A stretch of 64,000 bases of DNA from an uncultured Chloroflexia bacterium. Its GTDB lineage: Bacteria; Chloroflexota; Limnocylindria; Limnocylindrales; CSP1-4. Below the pieces are notes generated by a model, which did no database searches, had not been told where the DNA came from, and worked only from the letters and a program-made list of their open reading frames with translations. The position numbers were made by a program, and so were the translations under genes. Shown here in pieces: positions 30,818 through 40,133 of the stretch (the first letter of the stretch is position 1; the number at the start of each line of letters is the position of its first letter). The DNA is taken from positions 43,329-107,328 of the forward strand of contig CAVSKS010000008.1 in the NCBI GenBank assembly GCA_963728605.1, in the 5' to 3' direction.

Positions 30818-31921
30818 TCAGTAGACGATCACCGAGCGGACGCCCTCGCCGCGCCGCATCCGCTCGAATGCGGGCTCCAGGTCGTCGAGGCCGATCCGGT
30901 GGTCGATCAGCCGATCGATCGGCAGCCGGCCGGCGAGGTGAAGGGCCGCATAGCGCGGGAAGTCCTCGGCGGCGACGGCCGAACCGTAGTTGGAGCCGAG
31001 GATCGAGCGCCCGCCGTCGACGAACGGGAAGACCTCGAACGACGCCCGGACGCCGAACGGCGTCATCCCGACCAGGACCGCTGTCCCGCCGGGCGGGAGC
31101 AACCGGATGGCCCGCCTCGATCGTCCCCGGCAGGCCGATCGCCTCGACCACGTACTCCGGGGCACCGCCCGTGGCCTCGCGGATGGCCTCATCCGTGGCC
31201 TCGGGATCCGTCGCCAGCACACCTGCCGTGGCGCCCAGCTTCGCTGCCCGCTCGAGCTTCTGCGGGACCCGATCCACGGCCACGATCCGCGACGCCCCCG
31301 CGAGCACGGCGCCCATCACCGCCGAGAGGCCCACGCCGCCGAGGCCGATCACGACCACGGTGGCGCCTCGCGGGACCGCGGCGGTCTTGGTCACCGCGCC
31401 GACGCCGGTCGAGACGCAGCAGCCGATGAGTGCCGCGACCTCCGGGGAGACGCCGTCCGGCATCGCGACCGCCGCCGAGGCCGGCACGACGATCCCCTCG
31501 CCGAACGTGGCGATCCCGCAATAGGCCAGGACCTCCTGTCCATCGCGACGGCGGAGCGGCGTCCGGCCGTCCGGCAGGCGGTGGCGGAGCGAGGCGCTGT
31601 CGCGGCACAGCCACTGCCGGCCGCGCCGGCACTCTCGCATCGCAGGCACGGCGCATACCACGTCAGGGCAACGAGCCGGCCGACCTCCGGGGATCGCACG
31701 CCAGGCCCGAGCGCCTCGACGATGCCGGCGCCCTCGTGGCCCAGCACCACCGGTCCTTGCCGCTCCCACTCGCCGTCGCGGACGTGGAGGTCCGAGTGGC
31801 AGACCCCGGAAGCGAGCATCCGGACCCGGATCTCGCCGGCGCGCGGCTCTTCGAGCTCCAGGTCCTCGATCCGCAGCAGTTCGCCGGATCGTTCCGCGAC
31901 CGCCGCCCGTACCGTCAGCAC
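30818..31921 (-). pseudogene. Zn-dependent alcohol dehydrogenase split over three frame segments (two single-base frame changes)
   Basis: The N-terminus (GVCHSDLH, GHEGAGIV, CLRCES) is in the frame of ORF 31391..32164. The middle (CRRGRQWLC, GLGGVGLS) is in the frame of ORF 30762..31769. The C-terminus (AIRLLPPGGTAVLVGM...) is in the frame of ORF 30818..31222. Junctions are near 31632 and 31112. Confidence 0.75.
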
Positions 31922-31953
31922 GACCGAAGTGTGCCGATCAACGCGCCATCGCG

Positions 31954-32394
31954 TCAGGGATCGACGACGACGATCCCGGTCATGCCGTACCGCTCGTGGT
32001 CCGGCAGGTGGCAGATGAACTGGTACCGGCCGGGCGTCTCGAAGATGACGACCGTCGTCCGGTCCTCGAGGGCCGGGATCGAGACCTCCGTCGGGCGGCT
32101 CGCGTGGACCGGCTCGGTGCCGGTCCGGTGGCGCTCGTGGCTGGCGGCGTCTCCCACGATCCATTCGTGGTCGATGGGATCGTCGTTGCGAAGGACGAAG
32201 GTGATCGGCTGACCGGCCGGCACGTGGACTTCCGAGACGCTGAACGCCGAGAACCGGATGCCGATGTCGACCGTCGGCGGGCCGCCGGCCCGGGCACTCC
32301 AGCCGGCGACGATGACCGCCAGCAGGATGGCGACCGCCACCGCGCCCAGGAGGACGCCGAGGCGGCCGCTCGAACGAGCCGTGGTCGCGGTCAT
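31954..32394 (-). CDS. membrane-anchored cupredoxin (type-1 copper-like) protein
   Basis: N-terminal TM helix. C-terminal FICHLPDHERYGM has the Cys-His-Met ligand spacing of plastocyanin/azurin-like proteins. Confidence 0.7.
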   Translation of the reverse strand: MTATTARSSGRLGVLLGAVAVAILLAVIVAGWSARAGGPPTVDIGIRFSAFSVSEVHVPAGQPITFVLRNDDPIDHEWIVGDAASHERHRTGTEPVHASRPTEVSIPALEDRTTVVIFETPGRYQFICHLPDHERYGMTGIVVVDP

Positions 32395-32399
32395 GGCCG

Positions 32400-33443
32400 T
32401 CAGGCGAGCCGCGGCGGCCGCCGGCCGATCATCAGCCCGCCGATGACAGCGAGCCCGCCGGCCACGATTGCCAGCGTCAGGCCGATCCGGGCGACGTCCG
32501 GACCGACGCCGGCGGCACCGGCGAAATCGAGCCCGGCGTCCACCCGCGACGGCCGGCCGCCGCCGGTCTCGTCGATCGCGAGGTCGTACCGGAGCTGGTT
32601 CGGGTTGGCGTCGATGGCGATCTTGGTGAGCCAGCCGCCCCCGGGCACCCATTCCATGCCGCGATCGCTGCGGAGGTCCGCCAGGAGGCTGGCGCTGGCC
32701 GGCGCGAAGTGGTCGAGCCCCAGGCCGTTGCGCCCGGTCGGCGTCGGCAGGAGCGACGGCCGCCGGTCGGTCAGCAGGTAGACGTCGGCCTGGATCGTTT
32801 CCCCGGCGCTCTTGCCGAGGGCGAGGATCCGCAGCGGGACCCACGGATCGTCGGTCGGGATCGTGATGTGGACCGGTGTGCCGTCGCCGATCTGCTGGCC
32901 GCGCTCCTCGGCGGCAGTGCCGTCGAACGCCGCGGCGAGGAAGATCTGGCTCCGGCGGGCGTAGAACTCGAGGACCTCGGGGGCATCGGGTGGCAGCCGG
33001 AAGCCGTGGTCCTTGGCCCAGATCCCGATGGACTCGGCGCCGCCCTCGAGGACGGTGATGTCGAGCGCATCGATCTTGACCTTCATGAGTTCCACCGCCG
33101 CGCCACTGGCCGCGGGCGCGGCCGAGAGTCGGAGCTCGTCGAAGATCCCGCGCTGCGGCTCGGTCTCGCGGATCAGTCGCTGGAGCGTCCAGTCGCCGCC
33201 CTTGACCACACTCGTCGGGACACCGGGCAGGGGCGTGATCGAGCCGAACTTGCCGCCGCCGCCGGCGTACTGGAAGGACGTCACGTAGTGCTCGACGCCG
33301 TCGTGATAGCCCGCGAACGTCGTCGTCCGGAGCAGGTTGACGGCCCCGTTCGGTCCGATCAGGCCACCGCAGGCCGCAACCGGCCCCACGATCAAGAGGA
33401 AGGCCACCGTCGTGGCCAAGAACACACCGCCGAGTCGCCGCAT
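32400..33443 (-). CDS. secreted protein with C-terminal TM anchor, tentatively DUF2330-like
   Basis: Signal peptide ending AACGG and a C-terminal hydrophobic helix plus RRPPRLA tail. The family call is from memory of the architecture only. Confidence 0.5.
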   Translation of the reverse strand: MRRLGGVFLATTVAFLLIVGPVAACGGLIGPNGAVNLLRTTTFAGYHDGVEHYVTSFQYAGGGGKFGSITPLPGVPTSVVKGGDWTLQRLIRETEPQRGIFDELRLSAAPAASGAAVELMKVKIDALDITVLEGGAESIGIWAKDHGFRLPPDAPEVLEFYARRSQIFLAAAFDGTAAEERGQQIGDGTPVHITIPTDDPWVPLRILALGKSAGETIQADVYLLTDRRPSLLPTPTGRNGLGLDHFAPASASLLADLRSDRGMEWVPGGGWLTKIAIDANPNQLRYDLAIDETGGGRPSRVDAGLDFAGAAGVGPDVARIGLTLAIVAGGLAVIGGLMIGRRPPRLA

Positions 33444-33587
33444 CACCGGGACCTCCTGGCTGGACCGATTGCGCTCGTATCGCGCGCCGGGTCGATTGGT
33501 GCCAAGACTCCCCCGGGCGGGCTCGGGTTCCCATTGGATGCTGATTCGTGCGGCGGACGGGGGTGCGGCTGGGTATCCTGCCTTGCG

Positions 33588-33821
33588 ATGCCGACGCTCC
33601 ACCCGAACCCGCCGCGACTGATCACCGTCGGGATCGCGGTCGCCCTGCTGGTGATCGGCGCGATCCTGGCCCTGCCGATCGAGCCGGCCCTCGATCTCCT
33701 CGCCCCGCTCGCCGACCTGGTCGCCCGGGTGGGTCTGCCGCTGAACCAGCAAACGGGCTTCCTCGCCCTGTTCGTCGGCAACGCCCTGCTCGTGATCGGC
33801 TCGCTGGTCCCGGGGATCTAG
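33588..33821 (+). CDS. small two-TM membrane protein (77 aa)
   Basis: ATG-initiated tail of ORF 32709..33821. Two hydrophobic helices. Confidence 0.35.
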   Translation: MPTLHPNPPRLITVGIAVALLVIGAILALPIEPALDLLAPLADLVARVGLPLNQQTGFLALFVGNALLVIGSLVPGI

Positions 33822-33822
33822 G

Positions 33823-33996
33823 GTGGGCCGCACGAACTTTGCGCCGACGGCGCGGACGATCCTGGTGGCCCTCGGCCTGATGGTGGTGGGGCTGCTCGGA
33901 ACCTACGGCACGATCGTGTCCGACCTGATCGGGATCTTCGCCTTCGTCGCCGCGGCCGTGCTGCTCCTCCTCGGGATGGTCTTCAAGCGGATCTGA
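33823..33996 (+). CDS. small two-TM membrane protein (57 aa, below the ORF-track cutoff)
   Basis: The GTG at 33823 follows the previous stop by 1 nt. My translation is VGRTNFAPTARTILVALGLMVVGLLGTYGTIVSDLIGIFAFVAAAVLLLLGMVFKRI. Confidence 0.3.
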   Translation: MGRTNFAPTARTILVALGLMVVGLLGTYGTIVSDLIGIFAFVAAAVLLLLGMVFKRI

Positions 33997-34336
33997 CCGC
34001 CGGGCGCGCACCACGCCGGGTCGCCCGCAAGACAGCTGTCATCGCGTGGCAACGGTTGGCGGTGTGACCGTGACCGCCGCCGCCGCACACTACCGGACGG
34101 GTCCCGTCGACGCACTGATCCGGCGGGGCTCGCCACCAGCCAGTTGCTGCAGCAGCCGAACGCGCCAGCCGGGGGACACCATCCTGCGCCCGACCGGACC
34201 AGCCGATGACCTCACGGCCGACCTGCTGCGCTTCGGCGCCGGCCTCGTCACCCTGATCCTTGCCATCGTCCTGGGCCTCGGCACCTGACGACACGACTGC
34301 CCGCCTGGCGCATCGGCGACAGCCGGGCACAAAGAG

Positions 34337-34375
34337 ACGGACGGTCCGGGGAGAGGGGACCCGGACCGTCCGTCG
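34337..34375 (-). terminator. 15-bp perfect stem-loop (GACGGACGGTCCGGG-N9-CCCGGACCGTCCGTC), followed by a T-rich tail on the minus strand
   Basis: Read directly. It lies ~190 nt downstream of the carboxypeptidase stop. The minus-strand tail is TCTCTTTGT. Confidence 0.4.
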
Positions 34376-34564
34376 TCGTTAGGGAACGCCCCGTCACCGG
34401 CGCTCCCCGGAGGAGGGGGATGATTGCGGGCCGTCCGTGCTGGACGCCGACCTTCCTCCAGATTGGCGGTTGATCGATCTCCGCCGGTGCCGCGACGGCG
34501 CCGATCTTCGTTGCATTCTCGTGAAGCTCGCCCGGGCCAGGACGAGCGGCGCTCCGTCCGTCCC

Positions 34565-36199
34565 CTAGCCGGGCCTCTCGATGCGGACGTCGTCGATGCC
34601 GGCCTCGACAAAGCTGTCGGTCGCGGCGTCCTCGGCGACGAAGACCAGGCGGACCGGTTGGCCGGCCCAGGGCGTCATCGGCACGCTGGCCGTCGCCCAG
34701 GCCGCGGCGTCCGTGTCAGGAGCGCCCAGCTCCTCCAGGACCAGCGTCCGGTTGCCCCCGGCATCCTCGACGAAGACCCGCAGCGAGTCCGCCGACGTGG
34801 CCGTTGCAGCGTGGGCGAAGTAGTAGCGGAAGACCAGGTTGCCGGGCGTCGCCGGCAGGCTCACCGGCGCCGCTTCGACCGTGGTCAGGCCGTCGACGTC
34901 GTTCGCGTGTCCTCCACCGGTGTCGGTTCCGCCGGTGACGAGCGCCCGAGCGCCGGAGGCCGCATCGAGCTGGAACAGCACATGGTTGATCGAGACGGGC
35001 TTCGGATCGGCTCGCGACCAGCTGCCGGCGACGGGCGCGGTGTCGGTGCCGTCGGGGTTGCGCGCCCAGCCCTGGTTGCCCTCGAGGTCGTCGAACAGCG
35101 GACCGCAATGGGTCTGCGACTTGCTGATCCAGCGATACGGGCAGTTGCCCACGTCGATCGTGAACAGGAGGGCCGTCCGGTTGCGGAGGGTCTCGCGGTA
35201 GATGTTCTCGTCGGCCGGGTAGTGGTCGCCCCAGACCGTGGCCTGCTCCGGCGGGTACAGCTCCCAGGTGAACGAGAAGATCCGATGGACGCCGTACATC
35301 CAGTCGATCTGGTCGCCGTCGGTGATGTACAGGTCGCTCGACTGCTGGGCCTTGTAGCCGTTGCGTCCGGCCATCCCGATGCCGACCGCGCGGAAGGCGT
35401 TGTAGTCGTCGACGGTCATGTCCGACGGCCGGTTGGTATAGGTGTAGCCGTACGGCCACAGGACCAGCTGGCCGTTGGTGTGGAGCGTGACGTGGGTCTT
35501 GATCTGCTGGCGCCCGCCGACGACCCGGCTGTTGACGAAGTCGCGGACGGCCCGCGTCTCCGGTGCCGAGAAGGCCGATGGGCCGCGGTAGGTGATCGAT
35601 GCCGGTGAACCGGAGGAGCCGCCACAACAGGCCCAGCGGTAGCTGTAGTTGCGGTTCAGGTCGGTGCCGACGGCGGTCGAGCCGGCGTTCGGCTGGCGAT
35701 TCTTGCGCCACGCCCGGTACGGGCTGTCGGGGTTGCCGGTCAGGTCGTAGACGAAGCCGTCAGGGTTGACGGCGAAGATGATGTAGACCTCGCGGTCGTT
35801 GACCAGCGCCCGAACCTGGGTGTCGTTGCTGTAGCGGGTGCTGAGCAGCTTGAGCAGGTAGAGGGCCTGCTCGACGGTCATGTGCTCACGGGCGTGGTGG
35901 AGGGCGTCGAACAGGATCTCCGCCTCCGGCTCGTCGACCGCCACGTTGTCGCTGATCTTGGCCGCCCAGATGTCACGGTTCCCGTATGACTTGCCGATCG
36001 AGAAGACGTCGACGATCCCCGGAAAGGCGGTCTCGGCAGCCATGATCTCGGCGACCATCTCGGGGTAGCTGTGGTAGCGGGAGTCCTTGGCCGGGAAGTC
36101 ACCCGCGGCGGCGGACACCGGCGTGCCGGCGAGCAGCAGGACGCCGAGGGCCAGGCCGGCGGCGGAGCGGAGGCGGAGCGGGCGGGTCAATGAGGACAT
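34565..36199 (-). CDS. secreted M14 zinc carboxypeptidase with an extra C-terminal domain
   Basis: Signal peptide, YHSYPEM, the HAREH zinc motif and WRKNR. ATG 36199. Confidence 0.85.
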   Translation of the reverse strand: MSSLTRPLRLRSAAGLALGVLLLAGTPVSAAAGDFPAKDSRYHSYPEMVAEIMAAETAFPGIVDVFSIGKSYGNRDIWAAKISDNVAVDEPEAEILFDALHHAREHMTVEQALYLLKLLSTRYSNDTQVRALVNDREVYIIFAVNPDGFVYDLTGNPDSPYRAWRKNRQPNAGSTAVGTDLNRNYSYRWACCGGSSGSPASITYRGPSAFSAPETRAVRDFVNSRVVGGRQQIKTHVTLHTNGQLVLWPYGYTYTNRPSDMTVDDYNAFRAVGIGMAGRNGYKAQQSSDLYITDGDQIDWMYGVHRIFSFTWELYPPEQATVWGDHYPADENIYRETLRNRTALLFTIDVGNCPYRWISKSQTHCGPLFDDLEGNQGWARNPDGTDTAPVAGSWSRADPKPVSINHVLFQLDAASGARALVTGGTDTGGGHANDVDGLTTVEAAPVSLPATPGNLVFRYYFAHAATATSADSLRVFVEDAGGNRTLVLEELGAPDTDAAAWATASVPMTPWAGQPVRLVFVAEDAATDSFVEAGIDDVRIERPG

Positions 36200-36294
36200 G
36201 GCCCCAAGACTGCCGGGGACGGTGCGCGGGCGCAACCCCCGAACCGGAGACGTGGAGGCGGTACCAAGGGACCACCCCCGATCAGGCTCGAGCG

Positions 36295-37434
36295 TCAACC
36301 CGCCGGTAGCGTGAACCAGATCGTCGTCCCGTCGCCGGCCGGGCTATCCGCGCCGATCTCGCCGCCGTGGGCATGGACGAGGTTGCGGGCGATCGCCAGG
36401 CCCAGCCCGGAACCCCGCGAGTCGGGCGACTTCCAGAACCGGTCGAAGACGTGCGGCAGCACGTCGGCCGGGATGCCGCTCCCGGTGTCGCTCACGGCCA
36501 CCCGGACCTCACCGCCACCGGACGGTGGTCCAGCAACGGTCGCGGTGATCCGGATGGACCCCGACGCGGGCGTGTAGCGGAGGGCGTTGGCCACGAGGTT
36601 GGCGATGACCTCGCGGACCCTGACCGGGTCGACGTCGAGCAGGGGCACCGATTCGTCCACCTCCACGTTCAGCTTCACGTCGGCCGCGTCGGCGGCGCTC
36701 CCGAACGACGCGACGACGTCCCCGACGACGACGCCGAGATCGGTGGGCTCGCGATGGAGCGGCAGGCTGCCGGTCTCCGACAGGGCAACCGTCCGCAGGT
36801 CGTCGACCAGGCGGGCCATCACCCGGGTTTCGTCGAGGATCGTCGCCAGGTGGGCCTCGTCCGGCGGGTACACGCCGTCCGCGATCGCCTCGAGGTGCCC
36901 CTGGACCACCGACAGCGGCGTGCGCAGCTCATGGCTCACATCGGCCAGCAGCGATCGACGCTGGCGCGCATCGGCCTCGAGCCGTTCGGCCATCGTGTTG
37001 AAGCCGTGGACCAGGTCGCGTAGCGGTCGCGGGCCACGCCTGGGACTCCCGACCCGGACGCCGTAGTCCCCGCCCTCCACCCGGCGCGCCGCCGCGACCA
37101 GCTCGTCGAGCGTCGAGGCCGTCGCCCGGAAGAGCCGGCCGATCGCCACGAAGGCGACCGAGCCGGTCAGCAGCACGACGAAGGCGGCCAGCTGCGGCAA
37201 GGCAGGCGCCGAACCTCCACCCAGCAGCCCGACCAGCGACAGGACGACCGAGGCGACCACCACGAACGCCGATCCGACGACGAGGAAGAAGACCGCGAAC
37301 AGGCAACCGAAACCCCGCCGCGGCCACCGACCGGGCGGTCCCCATGCTCGTCGATCGGGGCTGCGGTCGTGCCATCGGCCGCGCCATGGCGGTCCCCAGT
37401 CCGGCGGCCGGTCGCGATCGGTGGGATCGGTCAC
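36295..37434 (-). CDS. sensor histidine kinase (2 TM, HAMP, HisKA, HATPase)
   Basis: SHELRTPL H-box, NALRYT, DTGSGI and GLGLAI motifs. Confidence 0.85.
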   Translation of the reverse strand: MTDPTDRDRPPDWGPPWRGRWHDRSPDRRAWGPPGRWPRRGFGCLFAVFFLVVGSAFVVVASVVLSLVGLLGGGSAPALPQLAAFVVLLTGSVAFVAIGRLFRATASTLDELVAAARRVEGGDYGVRVGSPRRGPRPLRDLVHGFNTMAERLEADARQRRSLLADVSHELRTPLSVVQGHLEAIADGVYPPDEAHLATILDETRVMARLVDDLRTVALSETGSLPLHREPTDLGVVVGDVVASFGSAADAADVKLNVEVDESVPLLDVDPVRVREVIANLVANALRYTPASGSIRITATVAGPPSGGGEVRVAVSDTGSGIPADVLPHVFDRFWKSPDSRGSGLGLAIARNLVHAHGGEIGADSPAGDGTTIWFTLPAG

Positions 37435-38117
37435 GGGCCGTCATCCGCGAAGCGGTAGCCCACCCCGTAGACGGTCAGGATGTAGCGCGGCTGCCGGGGG
37501 TCCGCTTCGAGCTTGCGGCGGAGGTTCTTGACGTGGGTATCGATCGCCCGCTCGTAGGACTCGAAGGCGACGCCGTGGAGGGCATCCAGGAGCTGGCTCC
37601 GGGTGAAGATCCGGCCCGGGCGAGCGGCGAGCGTGGCAAGCAGCTGGAACTCGGTGGGGGTGAGCTCCACGACCCGGCCCTCCACCTCGGCCCGCATCCG
37701 GGCGGTGTCCAGGACGACGCCAGCGGTCCGGATCACATCCCCCGGCTCGTCGGCTGGCTCCGCTCGCCGGAGCACGGCCCGGACGCGGGCGACCAACTCG
37801 CGCGGACTGAACGGCTTCGTCAGGTAGTCGTCGGCGCCGAGCTCGAGGCCGAGCAGCTTGTCGAGCTCGTCGTCGCGCGCGGTGAGCATCACGATGGGAA
37901 CGTTCGAGTCCCGCCGGACCTGGCGCGTGACATCCAGCCCGTCCAGCCCCGGCAGGCCCAGGTCCAGGACGATGAGATCCGGCCGGTCGCGGCGGACGCG
38001 GTCAAGCGCCGACCGTCCGTCGATCGCGGTCACGACGCCAAAGCCCGCGTGCTGGAGGTAGTCGCGCGCGAGCTGGACGATCCCTGGCTCGTCGTCGACC
38101 ACGAGGATCGTCTTCAT
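37431..38117 (-). CDS. OmpR-family response regulator
   Basis: LVVDDE, DLGLPGLDG and a winged-helix tail TVYGVGYRF. Its stop overlaps the kinase start (GTGA). Confidence 0.9.
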   Translation of the reverse strand: MKTILVVDDEPGIVQLARDYLQHAGFGVVTAIDGRSALDRVRRDRPDLIVLDLGLPGLDGLDVTRQVRRDSNVPIVMLTARDDELDKLLGLELGADDYLTKPFSPRELVARVRAVLRRAEPADEPGDVIRTAGVVLDTARMRAEVEGRVVELTPTEFQLLATLAARPGRIFTRSQLLDALHGVAFESYERAIDTHVKNLRRKLEADPRQPRYILTVYGVGYRFADDGP

Positions 38118-38184
38118 CGGTGGCAACGATACGCGGGAGACGCGGCGGCGCCGGGCCCGATCGGGCCCGGCGCTCGTCGAACCG

Positions 38185-38586
38185 TCAGGCGCCCGAGGCC
38201 GGATCGCGCGGCGAACCGCTGTCGGCCTCGTGGAGCTGCCGGTGCAGCCGCTCGAAGCGCTCCTCGCGCGACGCCCATCGTCCGCGATCTTGCTCGTGGT
38301 CCCAGCCACCTGGGCCACGCCAGCCCGGACCCCGACCGCCCCAAACGAGGGCGCGGATGAGGCCGAAGACGAGGAACAGGAACAGGATCGTGCCGAGGAA
38401 GCCGAAGAACCCGAAGCCGATCCCGAACGGGTGCCAGCCGTAGCCGGGTCCGGGATGGGTGACGGTGCCGCCGCCCTGGGCGACGCCTGCAGCCAGGCCG
38501 GCCTGGTAGGCCCAGATCCCGGCGGTGCCGATGGCCACCACGAGGGCCACGGCAAGGAAGAGACGGAAGATGGTCCGTCCGTTCAT
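38185..38586 (-). CDS. small Gly/Phe-rich membrane protein upstream of the two-component pair
   Basis: ATG 38586 is preceded by AAGGAG. Two TM helices, with GWHPFGIGFGFFGFLG. Confidence 0.55.
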   Translation of the reverse strand: MNGRTIFRLFLAVALVVAIGTAGIWAYQAGLAAGVAQGGGTVTHPGPGYGWHPFGIGFGFFGFLGTILFLFLVFGLIRALVWGGRGPGWRGPGGWDHEQDRGRWASREERFERLHRQLHEADSGSPRDPASGA

Positions 38587-38984
38587 GGTCGATCTCCTTT
38601 CGAACTGATCGTGGGGAGATCGTGCCGCCCGATTGTGGAGCCAATGTGGAGGCCGGACGGAGGTTCCGTGAACTCGGTCCCGTGCTGGTGGATGGGTCCT
38701 CCCAAATCTGGCCCATCCGGGGGATTGCCCGGCTGTTGCCACGGGGCCCATACTTTCGGTTGGTAGGTCCGCAGACAGGCTCGACAAACCCCCATACGCC
38801 GCCCAGGCAGGCACGTCGAATCCGATCCGGGTCCCCCAGGACCCGGTTCGATGCCCAATCCACCGTCTGCTCGTGGACCTCCGCAGCACCGGACCCCCCA
38901 CGGTGCGCACGCTTCGCCTGCCAGCGGCTCGTCCCTGCGTCGCCCTGCCCCAGCACGGCGTCCGGCAGAGAGGAGGCACGAGTC

Positions 38985-39599
38985 TTGCGTGGTCCTACCA
39001 ACGGCGCCCAGCGGGCGTCTCATCGACCGCGGCTCCGCCGCATCCTGTTCGGAACGGTCATGGCCGTGGCCATCGCCAGCCCGGGCGCGCTGTCGGCGCC
39101 CGGCCAGGCCTTCGCTCCGGAGACCGCGTCGGCCGCAACGGCCCACGTGGAGTACTACTTCAAGCTCGTGAACTGCACCCGCACCGGCGGCTGGGTCCTC
39201 CGCGACGGGACCTGCAAGGGTTACGGGAGCGGGCGCTACAGCACCTATGTCAAGCCGCTGGTCTTCAGCCCCGGGATCACGACTCGCGTGTCCTACCCGT
39301 ACGCGAGACTGCTGGCGATCCGGGCCAAGTGCAGCCACTTCCTCGACGGCGACCCCGGCTACCGGCTTCGGCGCGCCGGGTTCAGCGGTTCCGCATGGGG
39401 CGAGAACATCGGGTGCCGCGATGGCTACTCGACGGTGAATGCCGCGATCCTCGCCTCGCACCTCGTCTTCCAGAGCGAGAAGTCGACCAACGGCGGCCAC
39501 TGGCGGAACATCAAGAACCCGAAGTACACCTACGTCGGGATCGGCATCTACCGCTACAACGGCAGGGTTCGGCTGGTCACGGACTTCTACCGGCCGTAG
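38985..39599 (+). CDS. secreted CAP/SCP/PR1-like (YkwD-type) domain protein
   Basis: Signal peptide, then GHWRNIKNPKYTYVGIG and GENIG motifs. TTG 38985 lies 8 nt after GAGGAGG. Confidence 0.7.
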   Translation: MRGPTNGAQRASHRPRLRRILFGTVMAVAIASPGALSAPGQAFAPETASAATAHVEYYFKLVNCTRTGGWVLRDGTCKGYGSGRYSTYVKPLVFSPGITTRVSYPYARLLAIRAKCSHFLDGDPGYRLRRAGFSGSAWGENIGCRDGYSTVNAAILASHLVFQSEKSTNGGHWRNIKNPKYTYVGIGIYRYNGRVRLVTDFYRP

Positions 39600-39735
39600 C
39601 CGCGGCGCTCGGCCGAAGCCGCTGTCGGTGCGGGTGGACGCCGGGGGTACGATTCAACGATCCCTCGACCCGCCCGCAACCGGGGCTGGACCCGCCGCCC
39701 CACGGACGGGCCGAACGCGTCAGCAGGAGGACGGC

Positions 39736-40131
39736 ATGAACGCGTTCCTCGTCGAACTCGAGAACAAGCCTGGAGAGCTGGCCCGCATCGCGGAGGCGAT
39801 CGCTGCGAAGGGCGTGAACATCGAGGGCATGAGCGGCTCCACGTCCGGCTCGTCGGGCACGGTCGTGCTCATCACCAACGACGATGCCGCCACGCGATCC
39901 GTGCTGGGCGAAGCGAACTGCTCCTTCCGCGAGGCGGAGGTCGTCGAGGCGACGATGGCTCACCGGCCTGGTGGGCTTGCCCGGGCAGCCCGCCGGCTGG
40001 CCGATGCCGGGGTCAACATCGACGCCGCCTTCCCGATCGGGATGCAGGGCGACGAGGTCAACGTGGCGATCGTGGCCGACGACCCGGCCAAGGCCCGAGA
40101 GGCGCTCTCCGGAGCCGCTGCCGCCGGCTGA
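39736..40131 (+). CDS. tandem ACT-domain protein
   Basis: VELENKPGELARIAEAIAAKGVNI and a second HRPGGLARAARRLADAGVNI repeat. AGGAGG precedes the ATG. Confidence 0.7.
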   Translation: MNAFLVELENKPGELARIAEAIAAKGVNIEGMSGSTSGSSGTVVLITNDDAATRSVLGEANCSFREAEVVEATMAHRPGGLARAARRLADAGVNIDAAFPIGMQGDEVNVAIVADDPAKAREALSGAAAAG

Positions 40132-40133
40132 GC

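Noticed and set aside
34046-34288. 80-aa ORF with a hydrophobic C-terminus as a third small membrane protein
   Set aside because: The N-terminal two thirds are Arg/Pro/Ser-rich and non-protein-like. There is no SD and the start is a GTG. Only the last ~22 residues look like a helix.
38587-38984. Possible c-di-AMP (ydaO-type) riboswitch in the 400-bp region upstream of the CAP-domain gene
   Set aside because: Only two AATCC strings and a hairpin CCGGGTCC-CCCA-GGACCCGG (38827-38846) are present. The paired GGGGGACCCA / GGGGTGAATCC-type cores were not found. An Infernal scan would be decisive.
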